A DNA stretch of 61,132 bases from Malacoraja senta (Eukaryota). Position numbers and translations under genes: made by a program. Of this stretch, positions 11,364 to 24,334 are shown piece after piece. The notes beneath the pieces were generated by a model. That model was not told the DNA's origin. It ran no database searches and saw only the letters and a list, made by a program, of their open reading frames with translations. The first letter of the stretch is position 1, and each line of letters opens with the position of its first letter. Where the stretch lies: contig JAXLNO010000193.1 of the NCBI GenBank assembly GCA_038087875.1, positions 62,001-123,132 on the forward strand, in the 5' to 3' direction.

Positions 11364-13147
11364 ATTAGCAATGTTAAAAAAATTTGAGATTTAAAAAATC
11401 AAGTCTGCAATTTATCCCATCAGATAAAGCATACAAAGAAGTTTTATTTGACACCTAATTCATTTTCATATCTTCAGTATAAAAAAAGTTATTGCCATTT
11501 TCATACTCGGAAATTAGCATCTTTAATTCAGGAATACCTTCCGATATTCCAAAAATAATCCATTCTGGTTTTGGTACCAGTTTTATTTTGATTAATTTTG
11601 AAAAAATATCAAATATTTCAAACCAGAATTTTTGGATTTTTGTACAAAAAACAAAAGAATGTGCTATGGTAGCTTCTTGACATATACATTTATCACAGAT
11701 TGATGAGACGTTAGGAAAGATTTTATTTAGTTTGGTTTTTGAATAATATAATCTATGTAATGTTTTAAATTGGATAAGCGTATGTCGTACGTTGATCGAG
11801 CATTTATGCACCTGTAATAAATGATTATCCCAACTTTCTTTTGAAATTTTTATACCTAGATCTTGTTCCCAATCTCTTCTAATTCCATCTGTTGTGGGTA
11901 TTTCTATATTTAAGATGATATTATATAAGTATGATATTAAATTAACTGATTCCGCCTTTGTCTTCATTGCTTCATCTAGTAAGTCGGAAGACATATTATA
12001 ATAATCTTTTGTGTGTGTTTTCAAATAGTCACAGATTTGTATATATTTAAAATATTGATTATTTTTCAAATTATATTTCAGTTGTAGTTGTTGGAATGAT
12101 AGTAATTTTTCTAATTCATACAGATCTTCGAGCGTTTTAATTCCCATTCTTTCCCATTGTATAAATGCTTTATCTATGATTGAAGGTTTAAACGATGGGT
12201 TATTGACTATTGGTATTAAGAGAGATAGGTTTCTTAATTTTAGATTCTGTTTTATTTGCTTCCATGTTCTAATAGTGCTATATATAATTGGATTTTTATT
12301 ATAATTTTTATTATTCAAATTTATTGGAGAGAGAATAATCGCTCCTATATTATTCGGGGAGCAATCCCCTTTTTCCATTATAATCCAGTCCACCTGCTGG
12401 GCAGAATTGTCCAGCAGGTGAATCATATTTTTAATATTTACTGCCCAGTTATAATACATAAAGTTAGGGAGCGCTAGACCCCCCAACTCTTTTCGTTTGT
12501 TAAGGTGTGTTCTTTGTATTCTGTGGGATTTGTAACGTGTATCAGAAGAATTTACTCAATTATGGGCTAATAATGGGAAAAAAGCTTATACTTAAATTCT
12601 GGAAAAATGCGCCCACACCAACAATAAAAATGTGGACATCAAATATGTTGGAAACATTACATCTGGAAGAGATGAGATTCCTCCTAGTAGGTAAAGTAGA
12701 TCAATTTCAAAAGACGTGGTCTACGTTTTTGGACCTATTACAAGCATGAGGTGCAATAGTAATTTAGAAAAACAAATAAATAAATAAAAGGTATCTGGAC
12801 CTGGTAATGGGAGGTAAAATAAAAACAGACTTGGTTGGTAGTTCCTTCTCTATGAAGTATAGTATAAGAGTTATAATAGAGCGATTGTTCCTTCTTTCTT
12901 TCTCTTTTTTTTCTCTAGGGTCTATTTTCTAACTTTACTTCCTTCTCTAACCTCTTCTCTAAGGGGCTTTCTCTTCCCAACACTCTTTTGCACTTCACAA
13001 CCTTTGCGCACTTTCTTCACTTTTCTTACTTCTTTCCTTTTCTTTCTTAAAGTTTAAAAAAATGAAGCGGTACAAAAAATGTATTAATATATACGTGTTG
13101 TACATTACTGTAATCTACCGTACTTCTAAAAAATAAAAAAATAAAAA

Positions 13148-13181
<34 letters not shown>

Positions 13182-14596
13182 AAATTAGCATCTTGTTCCC
13201 TATTGCTTTTCCATTGACTTAACACAAAAGCTGTGATTGAGGACAGTCAAAAGCCCGTAACTTTCTTAAAAATTAAGAGAACTGAATGAAATGTTCAGTT
13301 ATTATAGATTGAAGCATTCTGAAACAAATATAACACATCTTACTTGGATGACCTGAAATTAAAGCATATAATTAGTTAATTACCTAATTGTAGCTAATTA
13401 CATAATTGACCGTTGTGACGGAAATAGTAATAAACACCCAGACTGCCTTGAAAATTCAAAAATGTGATATTCTCAAGATCAGAACTTTAATATTATTGTA
13501 TAATATGCTGTAAGTCCGTAACAGATAGGTAAATAAATTACAATTTCTAGCAATAGACCAAGTCTTTATGGAGAAGATCAGTTGCTAGCTGGTACATTGG
13601 CATATCATAATCAGTAGCATCATCATACTCCTCAGATTGTAACCAATAAGCAACTCTGTACACCATGTTTTTCCTCAACTTTTCAATTTTGGCATTGTAA
13701 ACTACAAGTCTTTGCTCTTCAAACCACGCATGACATGCCTTTCTGCCCACTACTTTCCCATTAAGAATGTCCTGTAGATTCCATTTCTTAAGAAAAGGAT
13801 ATTTTTTTTAAATAGCCTAAGTATCCAAATAACAAACTAATTCCATCCACACAAGAATTCACAATATAACATGATTTTTAAATCTCACTGTCATGAATTT
13901 ATATGCCAGATGGAAGGAATTTAATGTTTAATTCCCATAAATTAATCCAGAAACATCCACTCAAAATATAATCAAAATTATTGTTTTTCGCACAATACAT
14001 GTGACTCAAACTGTTGTGAATATTTAGTTTAAAAATTATAATCATGGAGAGAGAATAACACAAAATATAGACAATTTAGACGACTTATGACATGATTGTC
14101 CAAAACAAATGACGATTTAAATCATCTTGCGAGTGGGTTTCTCGAACGCGATCGATTGGAACGTTGCATTTGCGGTGAATTTGTACCCCATATTGGCAGG
14201 AAAGATAGTGGCAGTTCATAAGGGGCCCAAATAACATTTTCGCAATGTAAAATTAGATTAAAGCCATCCCAAGAAGCAAGATTATATGTAAAATAAATGA
14301 CTTACCCTCTGTTTTGTCCCGTTCTTGCGATCCGTCACGTTGTAGGTGTTGAGGGCGTTAGAAGTCGCCTTTTATTTTAATCCAATTATTAAATTGTCCA
14401 GTGAATATACCGGGAACGGAAGTCCAATCGATTTTTCTTCATCAGCTAGCAGCCCGAGGAAATCCACCTCCGACAGGCAGTACAAAACTGGATTTTAATT
14501 ACGCCCCCCCACCCCCCTCAAAGGCGCCAAAGGCGCGCACACGGCCAGTGGCAGAACTGCAGCGCCGCTGAAGGTAGGTATTGTAACATCGCTACT
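11364..14596. mobile_element. TIR DNA transposon derivative (Kolobok-like, tentative), interrupted by an L1
   Basis: Imperfect 16-bp TIRs ATTAGCAATGTTAAAA vs AGTAGCGATGTTACAA (13/16), T-rich 4-bp flanks, coding remnant 13547-13800 on the minus strand. Sequence is continuous across the L1 TSD. Confidence 0.55.
11524..13179 (+). mobile_element. L1-clade LINE, 5'-truncated with 5' inversion (11524-12532 inverted, about 12534-13179 forward), poly(A) tail
   Basis: Inverted ORF2 C-terminal part (GGLALPNF..YNWA..QFKTLHRLYYS..CDKC..H..C) and forward part (NVYQKNLLNYGLIMGKKLILKFWK..W). Poly(A) at about 13130-13179. 15-bp TSD GGAAATTAGCATCTT (11509-11523, 13180-13194). Confidence 0.93.
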
Positions 14597-14725
14597 TTTA
14601 TATAAAAGGCAGCACCTTCACAGTCAGCATGGATTATGGGCCCAGTGCTGTGAAATAACAGCTAACTCAACATGAGAATCGGTTATTGTTAGGTAATGGT
14701 TGACACATGACACATTGAAAAGGTA

Positions 14726-14856
14726 TGTATAGGAAGGAACTGCAGATGCTAGTTTAAATTGAAGATAGACACAAAATGCTGGAGTAACTCAGCGGGACAG
14801 GCAGCATCTCTGGAGAGAAGGAAAGGGTGACATTTTGGGACGAAACCCTTCTTCAG
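14726..14856 (-). mobile_element. Short Penelope-like terminal element with degenerate hammerhead core
   Basis: Minus strand begins CTGAAGAAGGGTTTCGTCCCAAAATGTCACC and continues ...AGCATCTGCAGTTCC. 14-bp TSD ACATTGAAAAGGTA (14712-14725, 14857-14870). Confidence 0.8.
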
Positions 14857-16452
14857 ACATTGAAAAGGTAGTTGCATTTATGTTAACATCAGTGTGAGGA
14901 AATGCAAGATTTGGCAGGAGTATTCAACAGATATACTGATACATGTGTGTTTAAGTATTGTTTCTGTACTGATTTTTTAAATAAATAATAGTTTGATTAA
15001 GATTGCTTTTGAGTGTTGTGAACTTCGGAGAAAGCTGAGATTTGACAGCTGGATTTCTTCTCGTATTTCCATGGCCTGTCCTGAGAAATGAGATACAAAA
15101 TTTGCCATATTTTCCTCAGATTCAGTTTAGTTTATTGTGAAATACACTAGGGTGAGATGATTATCCTTGTTTGCATGAAGCACAAAGAATCCACAGTATA
15201 AATGATATAGATACAACAATAAATACAACAACAAATCCAAAACACCGGAATGGTGCAAAGACTGTGAGAAATATTAAGTCATGCAAAGCAATACTAAAGT
15301 GTAGTAAGGCAGAGTTATGAGCGAAAGTACGTGACAGCACCTCTTGCAAGGGGTGAGAAAGAGGTGCTTGGTTCAGGAGTCGGATATAATAATAACAATA
15401 ATAATAATAATAGTATATCTTTATTGTTATTGTACAAGAACAACATGATTAAGATTTCAATCTCCGTATCGATGCTATAAAATAAATAAATAAGGTAAAA
15501 GTACAAATAGGTCCATGTACACTGAGGTTAAAAATTACAGCAGCGATCACTGTGTTGAGGGAGATTATATCAATGTGGAAGAAGCTATTCTTAAATTTGG
15601 ACAGACTTTTAAGTTTCAATTATCTCATATACCTACTGGGTGTCTTTTCCCAGAAGGTAGAAGAGAGAAAAGAGAATGGGCAGAGCAGCAGGCATCAATT
15701 ATGAAATTTCCAGTCTTACTAATTAATACACTTATGAAGATAGGCTGGATGGAAGGATGTGACAAGGCTGTGATGGTCTGGACTATATTCACCACTCTCA
15801 CTGGGTCAGGCAGTCGAGAGCAGAGCGGTTGCCATACCAGACTGATGTGACCCATCACAATACATTTATAGCACATCTGGTGAAGTTTGAGGGAATCCTT
15901 GTGGACATGCTGAATATTCTCAGACACCAAAGGACATGAATTACATTGGTGTGCTTTCTTGATCCACATAGTGGTGTGAAGGAAGCGGGATAGGTTGCTT
16001 GTGATCTGGATTTGTGGGAACTTGAAACTGTCATTCATCTCTACAGCAGCTCGGTTGATGAGGACAGGGTTGTGCTAACCGACCTCCTCACACCTCTTTC
16101 TCTGGTCAACAACCAAACCAACTCTTTTATCTTGCTGACATTAAGGGGTAGAACTGTTTGTTGTTCTGACACCATGACACAAGGTTCCCGAACTCTTTCC
16201 TGCATTCATCACGTTGTTGTTGTTCTGGCTGACAACAATTATATCATCATTATATCATCAGTGAAATTAAAGATCAAGTGGCCGCATAGTTATAGATACA
16301 CAAGGAGTAGAGCAGGGAACTGAGCACACAACGTTGAGGAGCACCAGTGTTCATGGTCAGTATGGAGCAAATGTTATGACCAATTCTAACCAAAGTCCAG
16401 AAGCCAGTTACAAATGAAGGCCTCAACACTTAGGTCCAGGCGTTTAGAGATG

Positions 16453-16580
16453 ATAGAAACATAGAAAATAGGTGCAGGAGTAGGCCATTCGGCCCTTTGA
16501 GCCTGCACTGCCATTTGATATGATCATGGCTGATCATCCAACTCAGTATCCCATCCCTGCCTTCTCTCCATACCCCATAT
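16453..16580 (-). mobile_element. CR1 3'-end fragment, same family as 41864-45073
   Basis: CATAGAAAATAGGTGCAGGAGTAGGCCATTCGGCCC... near-identical to 41880-41995. Confidence 0.85.
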
Positions 16581-16694
16581 CTTATTCCATACTCCATATC
16601 TTATTCAGTATTAGGTTGTTGAAGACTGAGCTGTAGTCAGTGAATAGCATGTTGATATCAATGTGATATGTCAAATGTGATCCAGCACTGGATA

Positions 16695-16980
16695 TTTAGT
16701 TTAGTTTTGTTTAGAGATACAGCGCGAAAACGGGCCCTTCAGTCAACTGAGTCTGTGCTGACCAGCGATCACCCGTACACTAGGGACAATATACAGAAAC
16801 CAATTAACCTGTAAACCTGCATGTCTTTGGAATGTGGGAGGAGACTGGAGCACCCGGAGAAAACACATGTGGTCACAGGAAGAATGTACAAACTCCACAA
16901 TGACAGCACTCGTAGTTAGGATCAAACCCAGGTCTCTAGTGCTGTCAGGCAGCAGCTCTACCGCTGCACCACTGTGCCCC
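16695..16980 (-). mobile_element. HE1/V-SINE (tRNA-derived)
   Basis: Reverse strand GGGGCACAGTGGTGCAGCGGTAGAGCTGCTGCC (A box), B-box GGTTTGATCC, V-domain GGAGTTTGTACATTCT..CCGGGTGCTCCAGT, CR1-like tail. Confidence 0.85.
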
Positions 16981-17639
16981 AAAATAGTGCAAGGAAGATG
17001 GCGAACATAATAGTCCTATTCTTCCTGTACACAAATTGCAAGGGATCTAGATTGTCCATGTACCTGGTGCAGATGTGGGTCATTATCAGTTTTTCAAGGC
17101 ACTTGAAGTTAGAGTTACTGCACGGTGAGACAGGTCACCTTCTCTTGGGGACTGAAATGATGGAGAATTCCTCGAAGCAGGTGAGGACAGTTGACTGTTG
17201 AAATGAGAGATTGAAGATGTTGTTGAAAACTGCGACCAGTTGATTGGCACACAATTCCATCTCATGTTCTAGATCTGGGCCGGCTGCTTTCTGAGAAATC
17301 ACCCTTGTACTAGCACCTGCTCAATACCTTTCCTATGGGGATTTCTTGCAAATTATATAGAGTTAAGTGCAAAAAGTTCCACACTACCAGAACTTCTTAA
17401 TCTCTTTTCTATCTCTTTCCTATCTCAAAGGCTTGAGAACTCATTGCACACAAATGGACTGCCAGAACTGCTTACATAACAATGATTATATTGGTAAAGA
17501 GTTCATGGGAATTTTGGCCTGTTAAAAGAGTCTTAGTTCTGGCTTGGTTATGTCAAGTGAATGCAGGAATACAAGTTCCTGAAGAATGTGTTGCATTTTG
17601 AAACTCATGCACAATTTAGAATGAGAGATAGGACGTTAG

Positions 17640-18268
17640 GCAGACTTCAGAGCGGAGGCAAATATCTGGAATCCCAGCGGATGAGATAACATCTCAGATG
17701 ACCTATAGGATGACCTGACTTGGGGCCAGCACATAGATGGAATCATGAAGGAGGCGCACAGCACAACTCCTTTCTTAAACTTTTAAAGAGATTCAGCCTC
17801 TTATTGAATACTCAAACAAACTTCTGTATGTGTCCTGTAGAATGTATCCTGACTAGTTGCATCATAACCTTATACGGCATTTCCGATGCACAGGAATGAA
17901 TCAGCAGAGAGAGATGGATTCAACACAGCACAGTCCTCCGCACCATTGAAAGCAGCTAAGTAAGGTGCTGCCTCAAGGGGACAACACCTATCTTCAAGGT
18001 TCCCCAGTAATCAGGCCATGCCCTCTTCTCACTACTAATGTTGGGCAGGAGATACAGAAACCTAAAGATCCACATCAGCCGCTTCAAGAACAGCTACGAT
18101 CCTACAACTATCAGGTTCTTGAACCATCCTGCAGAATCGTAATCACACCTCGGCAATGGGACACCTCAAATTACCTCATATACTATCATGGAGTTGTATT
18201 TTTGTCTAATTGTGTTTTCAATAATTCGATTCTTGTTTTATTTATTTTTACTGTCTTGCAGAATTTAT
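17640..18268 (+). mobile_element. Degenerate Rex1 3' fragment
   Basis: Similar to other Rex1 3' ends in the window (CCATGCCCTCTTCTCACTACT..CCGCTTCAAGAACAGCTAC). Confidence 0.65.
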
Positions 18269-18815
18269 AGAACATAGAACAGCACAGCACAGGAATAGGT
18301 CCTTTGGTCCACAACATCCAACATACTGCCAATTAAATGAATCCTCTCTGCCTGCACTTGGTCTATATCCCTCCAATCCCTACATATCCATGTGCCTATT
18401 ATAAAGCCTCTTAAGCACCACCATTGTATTTGCTTCAACCACCACCCCTGTCAGCGTGTTCTGGACACTCACCACTTTCTGAGTTAAAAAACTGTTGTTA
18501 TATCTTCTTTAAACTTTCTCCCTCTGGCCTTAAAGCTACGCCCTCTAATTTTTGACAACTCGATCTCTGGGTAAAAAGTTATGACTGTCTACCCTCTCTA
18601 CGCCTCTCATACTTTTACATCCTTCTATCAGGTCTCCCCACAACCTCTGACACACCAGAAAAAACAATCCAAGTTTGCCTAACCTTATACCCAATAACCT
18701 TTAATCCAGGCAGCGTCTGGTTAACCTCTCCTGCACCCTCCTCTCCATAGCTTCCATGACCTTCCTCTAATGGGGACATTTATAGAACATTTGAACAGTA
18801 CAGCACAGGAACATT
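18268..18815 (-). mobile_element. Degenerate CR1 3' fragment
   Basis: ATAGAACATAGAACAGCACAGCACAGGAA tail in reverse orientation and CR1 C-terminal similarity. Confidence 0.7.
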
Positions 18816-19044
18816 TCGGTTGAAGATACAGGCCAGACCTGCTGAGTGCGTCCACTATTTCCTGTTTTTATAAGAAGTTAGTTCAATCATCTTGCAAGGG
18901 CAATGAGGTAGACTGTGTCATAGTTTGTGAAGTTGTTGGAGTCTAAGAATTATGCACATGCCCATTTCCTCAATTAAGTTACTTAGCCATTTGATCAACT
19001 TCATTTTCATTTTAATGCTCTTGGGCACAAGTTCTCTGAAACGT

Positions 19045-19950
19045 CAAATGTTGAGAGGCGACTTGAGAAGTATATAAAATTATGAGAGGTATGGATCAGG
19101 TTAGAACATTTTCCCAAAGTGGAAATATCCAACATTAGAGGGCATTGGTATAAGATGGGAGGGGAAAAATTTAATGGAGTTTTTTAATCAAGTTTTTTAC
19201 ACAGAAAGTAGTGGAGTGCTGGAACGCATTGGTAGAAGTGGTGGTGGAGACAGATACGGTAGTGTTTTTTTTAGATAGGCACGTGGATGTGCAGGGAATA
19301 GAGGGATATGAATCATGCACAGGCAGAGGAGATCAGTTGAACTTGGCATCATGTTTAGTGCAAATATTGTGGGGAAAGGTGCCTCTGTGGCAGTGGTGGG
19401 TCCTCGACGGTGGCGAAGCCTCGGCAGCGGTTGGGGGCCCCAGTGGTGGCGGTGGAGCCTCGACAGTGGTGGTGAGCCTCAGTGACGCCGATGGAGCCTC
19501 GTGGCCGATGAAGCCTCGCGGCAGTGGTGGTGAAGCCTCAAGTGTCGACCCGCGGTTGGCGGTCGATGAGGGCGTGGGGGGACCATCGTGAAGGGGGGAG
19601 GGGGAAGAACAATGGAGGACCCGGCATGGGCGGACCATCCTGAGGGAGGGGAGGCGAACAAAGGGGACCCGGCGTGGGGGGGACCACCATGAGGGAGGTG
19701 GAGGGGGGGAGAACAAAGGGGGACCCGGCATGGGGGAGGGGGCAGAAGAATCAAGGACCTGCCAGTTGGGGCAGGAGAACAAAGGAGGAGCCGGAGCGGG
19801 GGTACTTTGTAACTTTGTCAGCACTGTATGTGGCAACTATTTGCGTACCTTAGGTATGCAAGCAAAGAATTTCACTGTTCCTTGTCACATGTTGAAATAA
19901 AGTATTCCATTCCATTCATTCCTATGCTGTACTGTTCTATGTTCTATGTA
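19045..19950 (+). mobile_element. CR1 3' fragment with an inserted GC-rich non-autonomous element
   Basis: CR1 end TTGAGAGGCGACTTGAGAAGTATATAAAATTATGAGAGG through to GTTCTATGTTCTATG, split at about 19390-19918. Confidence 0.7.
19390..19918 (+). mobile_element. GC-rich non-autonomous retroelement with Rex1-type 3' tail
   Basis: Internal repeats GGTGGCG(A/G)AGCCTCG and GGGGACCCGGC(A/G)TGGGG. Ends GCAAGCAAAGAATTTCACTGT..AATAAAG(TATTC/CATTC)n. Confidence 0.6.
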
Positions 19951-20579
19951 AGTAACTCACTTCAAACTGATGGGAAATATCAGAACTATTGAAAGCATTG
20001 ATTTTCATCAAAATTAGATACTTGGGTGGAGATAGGTTTCCTTTGGAAAAATTCTGTTAGGCTAGTTGATGGTTAAAGGACCGTGAATGGTTCATGAATA
20101 ACTAATGGGCTGGATCTCCTTGAATGTAACAAATTGATAAACCCATTTTTAAAAGCAGCACAATGATTGTTACATAAAGCACACAGAACAAATCTTTCCA
20201 CAGGATATTTTTCTACAATGCTGAACTCTTGTTAATTCTCATTTATATTAGTTGTGAGTACTTGAGCCAAAAGAGTTCTGCTGTTTTTAAAAGTGTTTTT
20301 AAATCCAGATCTTAAGTGGTTTTAAAGTGTGCTTGCCACTTTCATGGAATTACTGCATGTGGAATTTTGTAATTGAAAATAGAAGGTTAATATTGTAAGA
20401 TTTCTGTCATGATATACAACAAATTAATGCAGAGGGTTTTGACACTTCAATATATTACACAGTCGTTTTATTGAAGTATGTTTAGCTTTGAATCCAGCCA
20501 AAACCAACGAGTTTCTTTAACTCTATCGGTGTATATGAAAGAAATTTAAATATAGAGCAAAAAAAAACACAATTTTGGG

Positions 20580-20710
20580 ACTGATGCAACGTCTTCATCC
20601 AAAACGTTGACTTTCCCTTTGCTTCCACGGATACCACCTGACCTGCGAAGTTCTTCCAGCCATTTGTTTAGTTGCGCCAGATTACAGCATCTCCAGTCTT
20701 TTGTGTCTCT
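20580..20710 (+). mobile_element. Old Penelope-like terminal element with decayed hammerhead core
   Basis: CTGATGCAACGTCTTCATCCAAAACGTTGAC followed by CCTGACCTGCGAAGTTCTTCCAGC..CAGCATCTCCAGTC. Confidence 0.55.
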
Positions 20711-22499
20711 AGATTTAAACAGACTTACCCCAAATAATCACAAATCCAAGAATACAAAAGCTTCCTATGTGTAGCATGGAAATAAAAATTGCTCTCAGCT
20801 AAGCCACAACTGGAGTCATTTCATTTCAGTTATATTATTGGGTCAAAAACAAAGATTTACTTTCCCTTTGGCCAGTGAATTACTTACAATTGCCAGCGTG
20901 TGATGCTGAGTGCCAAGGGCACAATTTCTTTCTTTTATGTTTGTAACTGTGGATTTCCTTTCAAGATGATGACATTTTAAGCTAACATGTTTTTGTTGTA
21001 GGGCCATTGATTATTGTAACTTAGAGAGCCTTTGTGAAATCAACAAAATGTAATGCAGAGGAAAACCAGCCACGTTTCACCCATGTTGTTATTACTGCCT
21101 TCTGTCTCAAGATGGCAGCAAATGCACCATTTTATGACACTTGCTCACAGTTATTTGAGAACCCTGGGAGATAGTTATGAAATTATAACAATTTATTGAC
21201 TCTTTATATTATTTTTTTTTCAAAAATTCACAATTTTGTGATGTGGTCACGGAAAAATTGTAAACAAAGTATTCTTGTTCCGGTTTGGTACACTTCTACA
21301 TTCATTTGATTAATGCAAACTATGGCCTTATTTACATGAGTGTGTTAATTTCTATCTTTCATTCTGCACGGAATGACTCGGTCTGCCTAAAACCCAGATA
21401 TTTTTTCTACTGAATACAACCAGTAAAGTAATTTCCAAACTCTACAGAGTTAGAACGTCGACATCAAATTTCTCCACCCAGTTTATGGATTCATAAAAAC
21501 AAAATGAGAAGTAGTTCCATGGGTAGAAATTTTAATGTTGTTTGGGGTATGATTTTTTTATATATCAACATTTAAAAAATATATCTGTCATATGGTGTTG
21601 CATTTTACAAGCCCGATTACATTTTAAACATTTGAATCATAGCCCATAGATGGACCTATCGTTAAACTGGCAACTGCACACTGAGGAAACCCAATGTTTC
21701 TCTGAGCTACACCTCCATGTAAGTAGGGCCATTGATAGATAGCTAAAATGAATAAAATACTGAATGAGTTTCTCTTCCGATTTTCTAAAAGGATACAAAA
21801 TGTTTAAATCAGTTATAATAATTATTTATAAACATATTGAATCAAATTCATAAGTCCCTGTCTTTAACACCTCGCTATGGAGTCAGTGCATTTCCTTTCA
21901 CCATCTTGACTTGTTCTGAAAAACAATTTGACTTAGTTGTTGCAATTATTCCAATACTTATTCTGACTTAATACAATTCACCATTACATAACACTAAAAA
22001 AATAATATTTCTGGAAAAATAACATTAATAGAATCTTTTACAACAGTGTGCTGAGAAAAACAACAAGATACCGTATGTTACAAGAATGCCAAAACAGGGA
22101 AAAATAAACATTTAGTTTCTGTAAAAACGTAATGTGTGCCAATTAATTCATAGCAGTCTTTCTGATGAAAGCTCAGATCAGTTCTTTACCGATATATTTC
22201 AAATATCGGTAATGGTCGTGTAAGTATTTAAAGAATGACAACTGATGAAAAAGTGCAATGACTTATCTCTACAGAGGTCACCAGAATCAAAGCAAATGAC
22301 CACCCCTGCTGGTTAATATCTCAGCGTTCCTTGTTGAACCCTTGTCCACGGGATGTTTTGGAAGCTGAACTGGCACAGGCAAATATATGCAAAGCTCCCA
22401 TATTTTTTCACCATTAGCGTTCTCCTAACAATCATTTAACATTAGATAGTACCAATGTCATCAACGGATAACTTTAGAGGTTTGTTAGGAACTATATTG

Positions 22500-24330
22500 T
22501 TACACCTCGGTTGCACCTGTACCCACGGTTACCATTGCAGACGTCAGCTCAGCCTTCTTGAGAGTGAACCCCCAGAAAGCGACTGGCCAGATGGAGTGTC
22601 CGGCCTTGTCCTCAAAACCAGCGTGGACCATTGGCAGGAGTATTCTCAGATATTCTTAATCTCTCCCTACTACAATCTGAGATTCCCAGCTAATTTAGAA
22701 GACAATAATCATCTCAGTGTTAAAGAAGAGCAAGGAAGCATGCCTTAATGTCTATCGTCCATTGGTTCTGACGTCCACCATCATGAGGTGATTGGAGAAG
22801 CTGGTCATGGCACAAATCAGCTACAGCCTTCCAAACAACCTTGATCCGAGTAATTTCCCTAACACCACAATAAGTCCATGGCAGATATCATTTCCCTGGC
22901 CCTACACTCTTTCCTGGAACACCTGTATTAACAAGGATACTTTTGTCAGTCTTCAATTTAGATCTGGCTTCAACATCATTTTTCCAAATTAATCCGCCAA
23001 CTCCTGGACCCAGGACTCAGCACCTCACTCTGCATCTGGACCCTTCAGGAAGAAGGTACAAGAGCCTGAAAACCATAACCTCCAGATTCAAGAACAGCTT
23101 CTTCCCAGATTCTTGAATACAGCATAATACTGACCACAGATCTACCATGGAAATTGTTTTGGTTGCACCACTTTCTTTGGTTTTGGGCTATTATGGTCTG
23201 GCTACCAGGTATTGCTGATTATTAATTTATTATATTATTGATTATGATACATTTATTTGTGTGTTATTGCACTAATGGGCCTGTAAAGCAGCAGTAAGCA
23301 AGAATTACATTGTTTAATTGCCGGTACATATGACAATTGAACTCTCTTGATTCTCGCTTGACTTCCTGACCCATAGACGGCAATCAGTGATGATAGGCAA
23401 CTTTACATCTTCCATGATCATTTTTTACACCAGTGCCCTATAAGGCTGCATTCTCAGCCCTTTACTATACCCCATATACACTCACGAATGTGTAACCAAA
23501 CTCTGCTCTAACTCCTTTTATAAGTTTACAGATGATACTATCATAGTGAGCTAGATGATGAGACCCAGTACAGGAAGAAGATAGAGAGATTAGCAAGTGT
23601 CAAAACAACCTCTCCCTCAAAGTAAGACACAATGTGCTGGAATAACTCAGCGGGCCGGGCAGCAGTTCTGGAGGACATGGATAGGCAATGTTTTGGGTCT
23701 CAATAGTCTGCCCACTGAAGAATCTGAAGAAGGGTCCCAAGCTGAAAAGTCACCTATCCATGTCCTCCAGAGATGCTGCCTGAATCACTGAGTTCCCCTA
23801 GCACTTTTTGTCTTTTTTTTGCAAAACAGTTTCTGCAGTTCAAACACCCTCAATTTCAACAAGCCAAAGGAGCTGGTCATCAACTTCAGAAACCCAGGTG
23901 GAGTCCATACCCCAGTCTGTCTCAGTGAAGCTGATGCGGAGTTGGTTGAGAGCTTCCAATCTCAAGGTGTAAATATCACCACCAATTTGCCCTGGTTCAA
24001 CCACATCGATGCAGCAGTCAAGAAAGTATACTGATGCCTCTACTTCCGTGGAAAGTTAAGGAAATTCGGCACCTCTCCAATGACTTTTCCCAGTTTCTAA
24101 AGATTCACCATAGAAACATCCTATCCAGATGTATCACAGTTTGGAATGGCAACTGCTCTGCCTAAGACTGTAGGACATTTCAGAGTTGTGAATGCAGCCT
24201 AACACAAACCAGCGTCCCCTCCCAACATCATCAACTCTATACCATGCTGCCTCTGGAAAGCAGCTAATATAATAAGGACCACTCATAACCCCGTTATTCT
24301 CTTTTCCCTTTTTCTGTCGGACATAAGAAT
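22500..24330 (+). mobile_element. Degenerate Rex1 LINE with nested Rex1 3' end (about 23045-23355) and Penelope palindrome
   Basis: Broken RT peptides parallel to the 31071 ORF (KPKELVINFR, GVNITTNLPWFNHIDAAVKK). Confidence 0.75.
23621..23846. mobile_element. Palindromic Penelope-like terminal element
   Basis: Inverted arms TGCTGGAATAACTCAGCGGG.../...CTGAGTTCCCCTAGCA around CTGAAGAAGGGTCCCAAGCTGAAAAGTC. Flanking direct repeat CCCTCAA. Confidence 0.7.
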
Positions 24331-24334
24331 AGGT

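Larger units (their letters stand above)
15120..17330 (-). mobile_element. Degenerate Rex1 LINE with nested insertions
   Basis: Minus-strand peptides ITSNLS..KKAHQ..HSLFSLLPSGKRH. Interrupted by a CR1 3' end and an HE1 SINE. Confidence 0.7.

Noticed and set aside
16900..16980. tRNA gene
   Set aside because: The A/B boxes belong to the head of an HE1 SINE, and no complete cloverleaf is supported.
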